Source: Paraspadella gotoi (Eukaryota > Animalia > Chaetognatha). Taken from it: a DNA stretch of 64,000 nucleotides. Shown here piece after piece: positions 37,814 through 49,862 of this stretch. The stretch covers positions 10,984,684 to 11,048,683 of the forward strand of contig CM119271.1 in assembly GCA_051294375.1 (NCBI GenBank), written 5' to 3'. Every line of letters starts with the position of its first letter. The first letter of the stretch is position 1. A program made the position numbers and the translations under genes. The notes under the pieces were generated by a model. The model saw only the letters and a list, made by a program, of their open reading frames with translations. It made no database searches and was not told the origin of the DNA.

Positions 37814-39075
37814 CTTCCTTTGGCCTTCCTCTCGAATAAATAAATAGTCGGTTTTACTCTCTATTTCTCCGTCTCTCTTTTCATGATAAAGAAAAATATT
37901 TGATTTTTTGTTTGTTTCGTTTTCTCGATTCTGTTTCTTTTATTTTTCGACTTTTAACCTTTGAGCGTCGTCCTGGTTTTTTCTCAATGACGCCGTTTCT
38001 TCCAAAGAGAGAGAACGCTGTTTTCTAGGAGTTGTTTCTTGCGCGTTTTAAATTTGGAGAAAGTATGATGAAAACCTGCTTATAATACAAATAGAAAAAA
38101 TCAATTAATAAAATAAATTAACAATTAAAATAAAATAAAAAACATAAAAGAAAATCCCAAACTTTTGTCCTCCAAATTTAATTTTCATTTGTAAGGTATT
38201 TTTGGGAAAAAGTTTTACCAAGTTTTAAGAAATGTATCACAATGTTTCAAAAACTTCTTTAAATCATTTGTTTGCGTTGCCTCTGCTTTCAGACTTATTT
38301 TACAAATTTCGACGATCGAGGTTTCAAAAGTTGTTTATTTATCGAAGTTAAAAACAGACGAGGTTGTAAAAGCATTTCCAAATTGTTTGTAAACAATCCA
38401 AATAAACAATAAAATTTCGGTTAAAATGTAAAACCGTTTCGACGTCGTAATCTTCGAGGCAACTGAAGAATTTACAAAATTCCAAATCAAACGTTATCTA
38501 AAATAACCCAGATTGCCTCGGCCAACCCTTTTTCCCTCTTCTTCAATTATCCGTCGTCGCGATTCCCGATCGCGAATTTAGGGAAACTTGAACAAAGATA
38601 TTTTTATTCCCAATCGTCGGACGTTGAGCCGTTTCCCCCTACGGCGACGCTCGCCACCGCCGATACATCATTTTTCAACTATCTTCAATCAAATTTTCTA
38701 TCTCTTTCTGTCAAATTGTTTCTTTTATTTCAGGAAAAAAATATCTTTCTTATTTTCTACTGAATTATTTTCTCTTCTTCTACAAACCCTTTTTTTTTCA
38801 AATATTTTTTTTTCTCGTCCACTCGATACGCGGAACAAGTTTTCTTTTCCTTTTTCGCTTCGTCGCTTTTTCGTCCTTCTGTATTTAACTTTTCTCATTT
38901 CTATTTTTCTCTCCTTTTCTTTCACTCTTTATTTTTTTTCTGTTCCTTCTTTTACTGTCCAGTTTTCTTTCTTTTTCTGTTTTTTTCCTTTTTTCAGTTT
39001 TTTTTAGTTTTCTGTTTTATTTTTCTCTTTCTTTTCTTTTTCCTGCTTTCCTCATCAATTCTCCACACGATTCTC

Positions 39076-39123
<48 letters not shown>

Positions 39124-39555
39124 TCTCTCTCTCTCTCTCTCTCTCTCCTCTCTCTCTCACCTCTCCACGGATTTCCTTTCTCGTGGTTATTTTTATCCTT
39201 TCTATTTTTCTTTCTCATTCCTCTCTTTTCCTTCCGACATTTCCTCTCTTCTCTCTCCTCTCTCTGATTCCACTTCGTCAAATCCTTCTCCATCTTCCTC
39301 CACCTCCCTTATCCACCCCCCCTTCCCATCCCCGACTCCCCCTCTTCTACCCCCCCCGCCCCCCCCTCCTACCCCATGCGCACGCCTGACCCATAAATCC
39401 GATCGCCGGCGAACGACTGGGCAGACAGATGGGCGAAAAGACTTCAAATACCAATTTACTTTTTTCTTATGCTTCCTCTCTCTCTCTCGCTCTCTCTCCT
39501 CTCTGCTCTCGTGCTCTCTCTCTCTCTCTTCGCTCTCTCGTCTCTCTCTCTCGTG

Positions 39556-39588
<33 letters not shown>

Positions 39589-40968
39589 GATTTTGTGTTG
39601 TCGCGGCGTTTCGTTCTCTCGTCTCTCTCTCTCTCTCTCTCTCTCTCTGCTCGTCTGTCTGCTCTCTCTCTCGTCTGCTCTCTCGTCACGACTGTAACAG
39701 TTGTCCTTTTTTCGTTCGCGGATTCGCGTAGTCAACCTTTTTCTTTCTTTGTCTCACAGTGCGCCAGGTCTAGTCTTTTGCCATCTCGTCAACGCTGTTT
39801 TAGTATCCCATTCTGCTTTGGCCAGCTTCCTTTCTGACTTCGCCGTTCCCGATCCCGCCCTTTGCCAGTCCCCTTCTTTTGTTTTGCCAGTTCCCATCTT
39901 CTTTTGCCACTTTCTCTGTCAGTTGCAACGCTTTCTTAGCCAGTTCCCTCTTCTCTCTTCCCCAGTCCCCGACGTCTCTTTAAACCTTCCCATTATCCCT
40001 TCTAAACGGTGAGTCTTCGTCGACTACGAATGGCGAAACAAGGTTATGTTTTTTTTGTTTTTTTTTACAAGAAAAAGAAAAGAAAGAGTCCTAAAAAGTG
40101 AGTCTAAAATGTACCTAATTACTAATACGATTAATAATTTAAATTGGTTCTCATAAAATTTATATTTATTTTGATTTGCCAACCTATTGCATTTGTTACA
40201 ATTATTGTTTTTTTCATTCGAAACTTTATAATATTAATATATTTATTCTACCGCTAAACTTTCTCAGCTTCAAGGTCTGCTTAGGTTCCGTGCCTCTTTA
40301 AAAGATACTAGAGTGCAATGTTACAAGTCAAAATTGAGAAAATTAAAAGTTTAAAGTTTAACTTCTAAACGCCAAATGACTATATTTTAGTCCTGTTGAT
40401 TCTCAAAGTTTCACTTTAAGATCCAAACGATTCCAAAGGGTCCTCACCCAAAGAGTAAGCGACGGTCCCCTAGCTTAAACAGCTTTCTCCCTTCTCTCTC
40501 TCTCTCCCGACTATAAATAGAAAATTCTTCGAAAAAAAAGTGTTAAACTTTCTTTAAATCTCTGAAAATAAATTACCTTTTCGAAACTTACACGAGCTCA
40601 CTCTCTCTGACAATCGAAGCAGCTCAAAAGGGCCAATCAAAAACAAGCAAATCAACAATCAGAAAAAAAAATATCAAAAACGTCGAGAGCAAACCCGCGC
40701 TTTCCGAAGTGATACAAAATTCATGCATACATTCACGCTTGCCAATCAAACCAATCACTCTATTCGCCAATCACACCAATCGAACCAATCACTAATGACT
40801 TATCATCAATCGCGGTGAAACGGAATAAATGTTCCTTTTCCCCTTTTGGAAGAGAGGAGAGAGATGTGAGATGAGACGAGGAGATGGAGGGAAGAGGAGA
40901 GAGAGAGAGAGATGAAGGAGACGGGAGTGGCTGTAAATAAACAAGAATCTTTTTAGCCAAAAAGGGGG

Positions 40969-41841
40969 NNNNNNNNNNNNNNNNNNNNNNNNNNNNNNNN
41001 NNNNNNNNNNNNNNNNNNNNNNNNNNNNNNNNNNNNNNNNNNNNNNNNNNNNNNNNNNNNNNNNNNNNNNNNNNNNNNNNNNNNNNNNNNNNNNNNNNNN
41101 NNNNNNNNNNNNNNNNNNNNNNNNNNNNNNNNNNNNNNNNNNNNNNNNNNNNNNNNNNNNNNNNNNNNNNNNNNNNNNNNNNNNNNNNNNNNNNNNNNNN
41201 NNNNNNNNNNNNNNNNNNNNNNNNNNNNNNNNNNNNNNNNNNNNNNNNNNNNNNNNNNNNNNNNNNNNNNNNNNNNNNNNNNNNNNNNNNNNNNNNNNNN
41301 NNNNNNNNNNNNNNNNNNNNNNNNNNNNNNNNNNNNNNNNNNNNNNNNNNNNNNNNNNNNNNNNNNNNNNNNNNNNNNNNNNNNNNNNNNNNNNNNNNNN
41401 NNNNNNNNNNNNNNNNNNNNNNNNNNNNNNNNNNNNNNNNNNNNNNNNNNNNNNNNNNNNNNNNNNNNNNNNNNNNNNNNNNNNNNNNNNNNNNNNNNNN
41501 NNNNNNNNNNNNNNNNNNNNNNNNNNNNNNNNNNNNNNNNNNNNNNNNNNNNNNNNNNNNNNNNNNNNNNNNNNNNNNNNNNNNNNNNNNNNNNNNNNNN
41601 NNNNNNNNNNNNNNNNNNNNNNNNNNNNNNNNNNNNNNNNNNNNNNNNNNNNNNNNNNNNNNNNNNNNNNNNNNNNNNNNNNNNNNNNNNNNNNNNNNNN
41701 NNNNNNNNNNNNNNNNNNNNNNNNNNNNNNNNNNNNNNNNNNNNNNNNNNNNNNNNNNNNNNNNNNNNNNNNNNNNNNNNNNNNNNNNNNNNNNNNNNNN
41801 NNNNNNNNNNNNNNNNNNNNNNNNNNNNNNNNNNNNNNNNN
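40969..41841. other. Assembly gap (largest of 13 N-runs)
   Basis: Run of N. Three other gaps are exactly 25 N (27091-27115, 28016-28040, 49614-49638). Confidence 0.99.
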
Positions 41842-42847
41842 GAACTGAGAATATTCTTTATTCGTGCTAGAAACGAGAACCTATATTATAGGTAATTATA
41901 GGTTATCATAGGTTATATTATACGGACAAAAAAGCGTCTTATAGGCTATAAGAAGCTTTTTTTGTCCGTCCTTGGACATTATATTAATACAAGTAAGCTT
42001 AGACTGATATACATGTTACAGAAAAAGGTTTTGGCGTTTGAATCTCGAGTTTTCAGAGCTCGAATGAGGAAGAGGAGGAGGAAGAAGAAGAAGATCAGCA
42101 GGAAAGGAAAGGGGAGGAGGAAGAGGAAGAAGAAAGTAAGATGGAATGAAAGAATCAGACGACGCGACTGGGATTGAAAACTCGATACAGAGTCCTTTTT
42201 TGATACGTTTTTTGAGACTTTAGAACAGGCGGTTAAATCAAGTGAAAATTAAATAACATACCTCAAGTCAAAATCGCCAATCACGGATCGAAAAAGATTC
42301 GCTAATCGTCGATCAATAGTCAATCAATACCAAGAACTAAACATTGACCATTAAACAGTGAACGCCATTCACTGAACAGTTATGAGCCGTCACTTATCAT
42401 TAATAACACGGACACAAACTGTTTTTCAGTCGAGATGGCGCTGTGACAGAGTAAAATATATAAAAACAAACAAAAGACAAGTGGCTATTTTGAACTCACC
42501 ACCGTTTCAGTGAGTAATAACATAATGCAATTGATATCCTCTACTGGCGTCTGCCACTTTTAATATAAAATGGCATCGGTTTGAGTTTGACCCGCGTGGC
42601 GGCGCGCTCATCCTCTGGACGAACAAGTCGGTTCCATTTCCCAGTTTGCTCTGTGCAAGAAAAGCTACTCTGTGTCGTTCTTGAGAGCGACAGAGTAACC
42701 ATATTTATTTTTTTTTAACCACGCATTTTTCCTCATCGGTTAAGATAATCAATATCTCGTTATTAAACTTGTCTTTAGGTCATTCGGGGTCACAGCTATC
42801 GGATTCGTTTTATTAGTTGTTCACATATTCATATTTTAACAATATAT

Positions 42848-42900
<53 letters not shown>

Positions 42901-43325
42901 TCATCCTCTCTCTCTCTCTCTCTTTTCTCTCTCTTTATTTCTTCTCTTTCTGCGTCTCTCTTATCGTCTCTCCTCATCGATTCCCATAATATTCATATAT
43001 GATTTCACAATTTTCCTTGACGTCCATCCATCTAACTTCCTCACCTCCTCCTCCGCATCTTCTCTCTCTCTCTCCCTCTTACCTTTTCTCTCTCTCTCAC
43101 TCTCTCTCTCTCTCTCTTCACTTTCTGCAATAGACAGTTCATTTTTGTTTCTTTTTGTTACCTAATCTCCCTCTCTCTGTGTTTTTGTTTTAATTGTATA
43201 TCGTCTTTTGCTCTCGAATGTAAAACGAATCCCGTTTCTGGCCCCGCGGCGGGAGAGGGGGGCGAGGGAGAGCGCAGTGCAAACGCCGCCGCAACACCTC
43301 ATTTCCTATTTCTCATTCAAAACAG

Positions 43326-43451
43326 ACGCCAACAGCAAACGGCCGGACGCCACATCGCAGAGGCCACACGGGCCGCGGAATATTGCAGCGCCCGCCGGAC
43401 GCCACGGATATGGCGCCAGCACGATGGGCGCAAACAACAATAAGAGCACGA
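43326..43451 (+). CDS. Candidate internal exon, unknown product
   Basis: GC-rich 126-nt island, aacag|AC ... GA|GTTAGT, open in phase 1 (DANSKRPDATSQRPHGPRNIAAPAGRHGYGASTMGANNNKST). Confidence 0.3.
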
Positions 43452-43674
43452 GTTAGTCGCCGGGCAAATCTTAGGGAAATTTCCAGGCGACGCCATACCA
43501 GGGGGCGAGAAGAGAAGAAGGGGGCGGGGGAAAGGGTATGGGGGGGAAGGAGGGGGTCGTGAGGGAATGGAGTTGTCGATTTAAGGAAGTTATAGTGAAA
43601 CGTCTGAGCGACAGAGTGAAAGCGATTGGTAGGCTTGTGAATTCAGTGGAAGTAAAAATACAATTGCAAACGAT

Positions 43675-43915
43675 ACTTTGAAAGTTAACTATTCATTGAT
43701 AGGGAAGGCCAGGTACTCTGGGAGTGGAATGAAATTACAGACTGGTGAGAGAGTCTTGATTGAAAGCTTTGCAGGACCTCGCTATGGGTCCATTATCTTG
43801 TTGAGTGATGGAGGCCTTAAAACCGACCAAAGCCTGTGCCAATAAGCTAGGGGCAAAGAGAGCTTAGTTATTGAAATTGAATGATAATTTTCATATTGGG
43901 GTTGTAACCAATTTC
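43675..43915 (-). mobile_element. Unclassified interspersed repeat family D, inverted copy
   Basis: Reverse complement of 55403-55614 (CCAGGTACTCTGGGAGTG...GAGAGTCTTGATTGAAAGCTT...CCAAAGCCTGT). Confidence 0.7.
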
Positions 43916-44793
43916 ACACAATGTTTTGCCTGCGATCTGTGTTCATTCTTGAGTGTAGCGCAGTGAATTAATGAATGAATGAACTGAATGAATGAAATGA
44001 ATGTAATTGAATGAATGAATGACTGAATGAATGATGAATGAAAATTAATGAAGTTGAGAAGAATTCGGGTGCCATATTGTCGCTCCGCAGTTTCGAGAGA
44101 TTAAGGGTTTAAGTTTAGAGAATAAGGGTTTGGGATTATGAATTTGGGTTAGGGATNNNNNNNNNNNNNNNNNNNNNNNNNNNNNNNNNNNNNNNNNNNN
44201 NNNNNNNNNNNNNNNNNNNNNNNNNNNNNNNNNNNNNNNNNNNNNNNNNNNNNNNNNNNNNNNNNNNNNNNNNNNNNNNNNNNNNNNNNNNNNNNNNNNN
44301 NNNNNNNNNNNNNNNNNNNNNNNNNNNNNNNNNNNNNNNNNNNNNNNNNNNNNNNNNNNNNNNNNNNNNNNNNNNNNNNNNNNNNNNNNNNNNNNNNNNN
44401 NNNNNNNNNNNNNNNNNNNNNNNNNNNNNNNNNNNNNNNNNNNNNNNNNNNNNNNNNNNNNNNNNNNNNNNNNNNNNNNNNNNNNNNNNNNNNNNNNNNN
44501 NNTTACAGCTTTGCAATTTGTAAATCGTCATTAAATACTAAATAGCTGAGCCGAATTACGATACATGGACCAAACCTTTTATTCTAAATTCTATAACCAA
44601 TAATTTTTTTTCGAGATTACGTTTAGTTAACATATTGAAAATTTATACGTATACTTCATTACATTGTTCCAACTATTTAAATATTAAGTAACCGTAACCT
44701 TTTTTTGTTACGTCCATCCGATACTTAGTGTAATTCTTTCGTCGCCGAGTGAAATTTCTCTGGCGGCAAATTAATCACTTTGCGTTTCCTTGC

Positions 44794-45056
44794 AGACGCC
44801 AACGTCATCGCCAACGACTGTCAACGCCAACGCCAACATACTTCAACGCCAACAAACGCCAACGGACATCAATGCCAACAAACGACAACTGCGAAAGTCA
44901 ACGCCAATGAATGTTAACGACAATGAATGTCAACGCCAACGACTGTCAACGCCAACGAACCTCAACGCCAACGTACGTCAATGGCAACAAACGTCAACGC
45001 CAATGGACATCAACGCCATCGACCGTCAACGCCAACAAACGATAATAACGCCAACG
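44794..45056. repeat. Degenerate CAACGCCAAC-based tandem repeat
   Basis: Recurrent (GT)CAACGCCAAC motif at roughly 24-bp spacing. Confidence 0.8.
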
Positions 45057-48000
45057 TTTAAAACTGTTCAAATTGCCATCGACAGTAAGTATGACCATCG
45101 ACCAACAGTTTTAATGTCAACAAAAAAATATTTATTAATTTAAATTTAAAATCAATTGAAAATCAATCTTTAACAATGCCAACCAACTAAGGATAAAAGT
45201 AGCTCTAAATTGAATTTTCACAAGATGCGGGAATTTACGTTTTCACATTACATTCCGCCGGCTAATTTCCCTTCTCAAGCGATTGGCATCGACTCGTGTT
45301 ACTTCAACTTTGAACGCAAAGAGAAGCAGTCGTNNNNNNNNNNNNNNNNNNNNNNNNNNNNNNNNNNNNNNNNNNNNNNNNNNNNNNNNNNNNNNNNNNN
45401 NNNNNNNNNNNNNNNNNNNNNNNNNNNNNNNNNNNNNNNNNNNNNNNNNNNNNNNNNNNNNNNNNNNNNNNNNNNNNNNNNNNNNNNNNNNNNNNNNNNN
45501 NNNNNNNNNNNNNNNNNNNNNNNNNNNNNNNNNNNNNNNNNNNNNNNNNNNNNNNNNNNNNNNNNNNNNNNNNNNNNNNNNNNNNNNNNNNNNNNNNNNN
45601 NNNNNNNNNNNNNNNNNNNNNNNNNNNNNNNNNNNNNNNNNNNNNNNNNNNNNNNNNNNNNNNNNNNNNNNNNNNNNNNNNNNNNGTAAGTGGCCTCGTA
45701 TCGCGACCGATTCCATCCGAAGTGGTTAACCTATCACGCCAATCCGCGCCACTTCACCCCCCCCGCCAGCTCACTCCAATGAATGGAACCACTTCATGCC
45801 ATCCCACGCCTTCCGACTCCACCCCACGTTTCTATTCAATCACCACCCTACGCCGCTCCACGCCACCTGTGCGCCTCTCACGGAATCTTAGGCCACACAC
45901 ACGCGATCAAATGATAACGCACATAGCGCACGCCACAAAACGCTTTTATGCTACCAATCTAACAGTACAAAGCCACCTCAGCGCCACCTTATGCGCCACT
46001 GCATGGCCAATTGACAATCCACCCCTATCCCACGTTAAACCAACGCCAATCCTCACGACATGCCAGATCACTCCATGCTACGCCAACCCCGTCCACGGCA
46101 ATCCTACGCCACCCTACGCCATCCAAACGCCACCGCTCGTCACCGTCCGCGGAATCGATCCCTAATCAGAAATATCTTCGCCGGGAAAATCTCGGCCAAG
46201 ATTCCGACGCGTTGACGATTGTGAGAGAGGCGATTTTCTTCCGGCGCGGCAGAAAAGGGCGGAAAAGGCCGATTGGGCGACGGACGACGACGACGACGAC
46301 GACGAAGATGAGGGTCCGACGACGATGACGATGATTGAAGATGACGAACGACGACGAACGATGACGATGAAGATTTATTAAGATGATTTAACGACCGTGT
46401 AACAACAACGAGACGAACGACGATGATGACAATGCATCAATGACTGAAGAACGACGACGATGAAGTTTGACCAAACACGATCGACGACGACGACGATCGC
46501 CTATACTTAGGATCGGCGACCATCAATAAGTAATTTTCTTTGGCAAACTGGAGAGAAAAAAAAGTGGGAAAAATCTATTAGCACTTTTAATTAATTAGTT
46601 TTTGATTTGTGGCTTTTATTTGCGCACTGAAAGGGAGANNNNNNNNNNNNNNNNNNNNNNNNNNNNNNNNNNNNNNNNNNNNNNNNNNNNNNNNNNNNNN
46701 NNNNNNNNNNNNNNNNNNNNNNNNNNNNNNNNNNNNNNNNNNNNNNNNNNNNNNNNNNNNNNNNNNNNNNNNNNNNNNNNNNNNNNNNNNNNNNNNNNNN
46801 NNNNNNNNNNNNNNNNNNNNNNNNNNGAGACCATGTGTGCATGACTGTGTGTGTGTGTGTTTAAAGATGAAGTTTGCTTTCCATTCTCGCTCATTACATT
46901 TATCTCCGTCGACGTCAAGATCAGAAAAACTCAAGCGCTGAAACAACGAAGAAAGATAGACGACGACAATGATGACGACGACGACGACGACGATGATGAT
47001 GATGATGATGCTGACGACAATGATGACGACGACGACGACGATTAATTGGACGAAGACGACGACTGAGAGGACAATGACAAAGATGAAGACGACAATGAAG
47101 CTGACTTCGACAATGACGACGAAGACGACGATGACAATGACGACGACGATGACGATGATGATGAAGCTGATGACAATGGTGACGACGACGACGGTGACGA
47201 CTATGATGAGGACGACGATGACAATGATGATGATGATGAAGCTGACGACTATGATGACGACGACGACGGCGATTGGTTGGACGAGAGACGAGCGAACCAG
47301 GAGAGACCAAGTGGAACAAAAGAGAAAGAACGAGCAAGTGAAGGCTATGCGTTCGACAACTGACATATGAAGTAACGGCGAACGACCGGAGCGACGGAGC
47401 TGATCGAAATGTAAGTCTGACCTGAATCGACGACGGGACGACGACGACGCCTGGAGTGAAGGCGTGATGACTAATGGTATGAACGACGATGATGATGAAA
47501 AAGCGACTCTGAGGACAAGCGAACTACTGAAGCTGACGTTTGTGCCGACAATGACAAACGACGATAACGACGACTAAATATGAGGACTAATGATGAAGGA
47601 CGAACCGAATTTATTAGCGAAGTATAGACAACGCTACGACTAGAATGTAGACCCAAAGATCGTCGACTAAGAGAAGCGATAGACACCCTTGCGACGACGG
47701 AACGGACCGACGAGACTGAACGGACGGACGTAAAGGTGAATAATGAGGAGGTCGTGCAACAAACGAGGAGCAACGATGCAATTCCGAGTTTCAGACTACA
47801 TCCCGGTTTCACATGGCCATCCTGGTTTCGACTACAGTTGCCCGATCGGCCTTTGTTTCGCGGTTTCACTAATACACGACATCCCTGTCTTAAAAATCAT
47901 TGTTTTCATTCACAAAGATGTTCAAGCGTCGTTTTGCGCAACTTGCTGCTGTCACGTCGTTCTTGCATTCTCTGTCAACTTCCCAAGTCTGGTCCGCTTG

Positions 48001-48859
48001 GCACTTTTTTCTTATTCAGCAGGCAATACCTCTCTTCACTGTCCCTTTCTTTTTCCTCGCTTTTCGCTTTCTTGGCGGGCCTAGAATACAATAGCGAGAA
48101 GACGTCCCGATTGACGGCCGATCGACGGGCCGGGGAGCGACGCGCTGATGCCGTACGGCGCGGATGGACGGCCTGTGGACGGACGCCGAGCGATGCGCGG
48201 ACTGAACGCGCGGAACAGAACGCGCATGAGCCGGTACCGAATTTCACATCATGCGGCCATTAGTCTCTCCACTCGACGCCGCTCTCCCGCGCTCCCGCGC
48301 GCCCATCTGCCCCGCGTATGGCCAACGCGTAATCCCCCCGCGCCCCTTACGTCCCCCCAAAAACCTGTCGTCCTGCCCCCAAGAAAAAAAAAACACGTCT
48401 TTTGGAATTTTGTCCCTGCCAAAGACGAGAGCCGCGGCCGCGGTGGGCCCGCGAGTCCGGCCGCCGCCTGCCGCTGCGGCCGCCGGCCGCGCGCCGCCGG
48501 CCTTGGCCGGGACCCGGCGCGAGCCGAAACTGCCCAACCAGTCGCCGCCGCCACCGCTCCAGCCGCTGCCGCCGCCGCGGCCGGAACTGCTCGCGCGGTC
48601 GTTACCGCTGCCGTCTCTGTTTCCCGCCGTCAGCTGCTGCTTTAAGTTTAAACGACAATAACCTTTTTTAAAAATCTTTAGTGGCGTCGAGAATCATCAT
48701 CGTTTGTCTCTATTACTTTATGACGCTTTGTCGCAATTATGTCATTGCTTTATGACACTTTTTCGCTATTATGTCATTTTTTTTTTTTTTTTTTTTACTT
48801 TCTTCTTTTTCGTATTTTATCATTATCATAACGCAACGTCACTAAGGCATATACTTACA

Positions 48860-48987
48860 CGTCACTTTCACACATCACACATCAAATCACATCACACATC
48901 ACACCTCAGCGGTGAATGTCACTTTCACACATGAAACATCACATCACATCACACACATCAGCGGTGAATGTCACTTTCACACATGAC
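48860..48987. repeat. ~55-bp direct repeat, ~2.3 copies
   Basis: GTCACTTTCACACAT...CAGCGGTGAAT repeated. Confidence 0.8.
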
Positions 48988-49485
48988 GTTCGTTATAATT
49001 TTTTTTTCAATTTTTATTCATTAACACTGAAATAATCTCAATATTTAAATATTTTTTTCATTAGCTTTTGCTTAAAAACAATTATTTCATCTTAATCACA
49101 ATTTTTAGATGCGCTCAGTTGAGCCTCAATAAGACGTTTTATTGGTCTGTCTGTCTCTCCGTACATCTGTTCATCTCTTCATTAAAGATATCATCATCAA
49201 AAACATAGTTTTATAGGAAAGAGAGAAATATAATAGATATAAACAAGTTTTAAGAATTAAATTACGCTCAAATGCTTAAACAATGACAAAGGGACGAGGA
49301 AAAGGTCACGTGATTGATTGTTTAATCACTTATTCGCCTCTCCAGCGTTTCACAGCCACCTCATTTCACGATTTCACTTCCAAACCTTCACCGCTTTCAC
49401 AAAATCCTTTCTCCCTTTCACTCCTCTCCTATCACAATCTTTCCTATTTTCCTCCGAAGCCGTAAACATCAGGAAAGCCGCTTAC

Positions 49486-49593
49486 AGTGTCTCAAGCAGA
49501 CTCCGCCGCCGGCCGCCGCCAGCCGCCAGCCGCCGCCGTTCTCCTACCCGCAACGCAGAGCCATTCCTTCCAAGATCGTCATTCGGTTCGAAA
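49486..49593 (-). CDS. Candidate internal exon, unknown product
   Basis: 108 nt; poly-T acceptor ttttccgtag| and donor CT|GTAAGC; single open frame FEPNDDLGRNGSALRVGERRRLAAGGGRRRSLLET. Confidence 0.3.
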
Positions 49594-49814
49594 CTACGGA
49601 AAAGAAAAAAAAANNNNNNNNNNNNNNNNNNNNNNNNNAAAAAAACAAAAAAAAAAAAACACATAAAAAAATACAAAGATCATCGAAGTCTTTTGTTTTC
49701 CTAATGTTTGACACGATTCCAGGAGGGCGCTAAAAAAGAAGGAGCCGTCCCGTCGCGAAAATCGTTTCGCATATTCCTGTGTGTGTGTGTGTCTTCTCTC
49801 TCGCTTCTCTCTCT

Positions 49815-49862
<48 letters not shown>

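Larger units (their letters stand above)
28074..40849. repeat. Direct duplication of ~6 kb (28074-34342 vs 34858-40849), probable gap-filling artefact
   Basis: Colinear match from TCCAGCATCAGATG to GTTCCTTTTCCCCTTT with pervasive 1-bp indels; flanked by N-gaps. Confidence 0.92.

Noticed and set aside
44136-46941. ORFs spanning N-runs
   Set aside because: Artefacts of gaps translated as X.
46959-47270. Poly-Asp or Thr/Met-rich protein
   Set aside because: The Asp frame contains TAA and TGA; degenerate microsatellite.
47736-48263. 175-aa ORF / possible transposase fragment
   Set aside because: No catalytic or zinc-finger motif could be read reliably, and the region looks like uncorrected read sequence.
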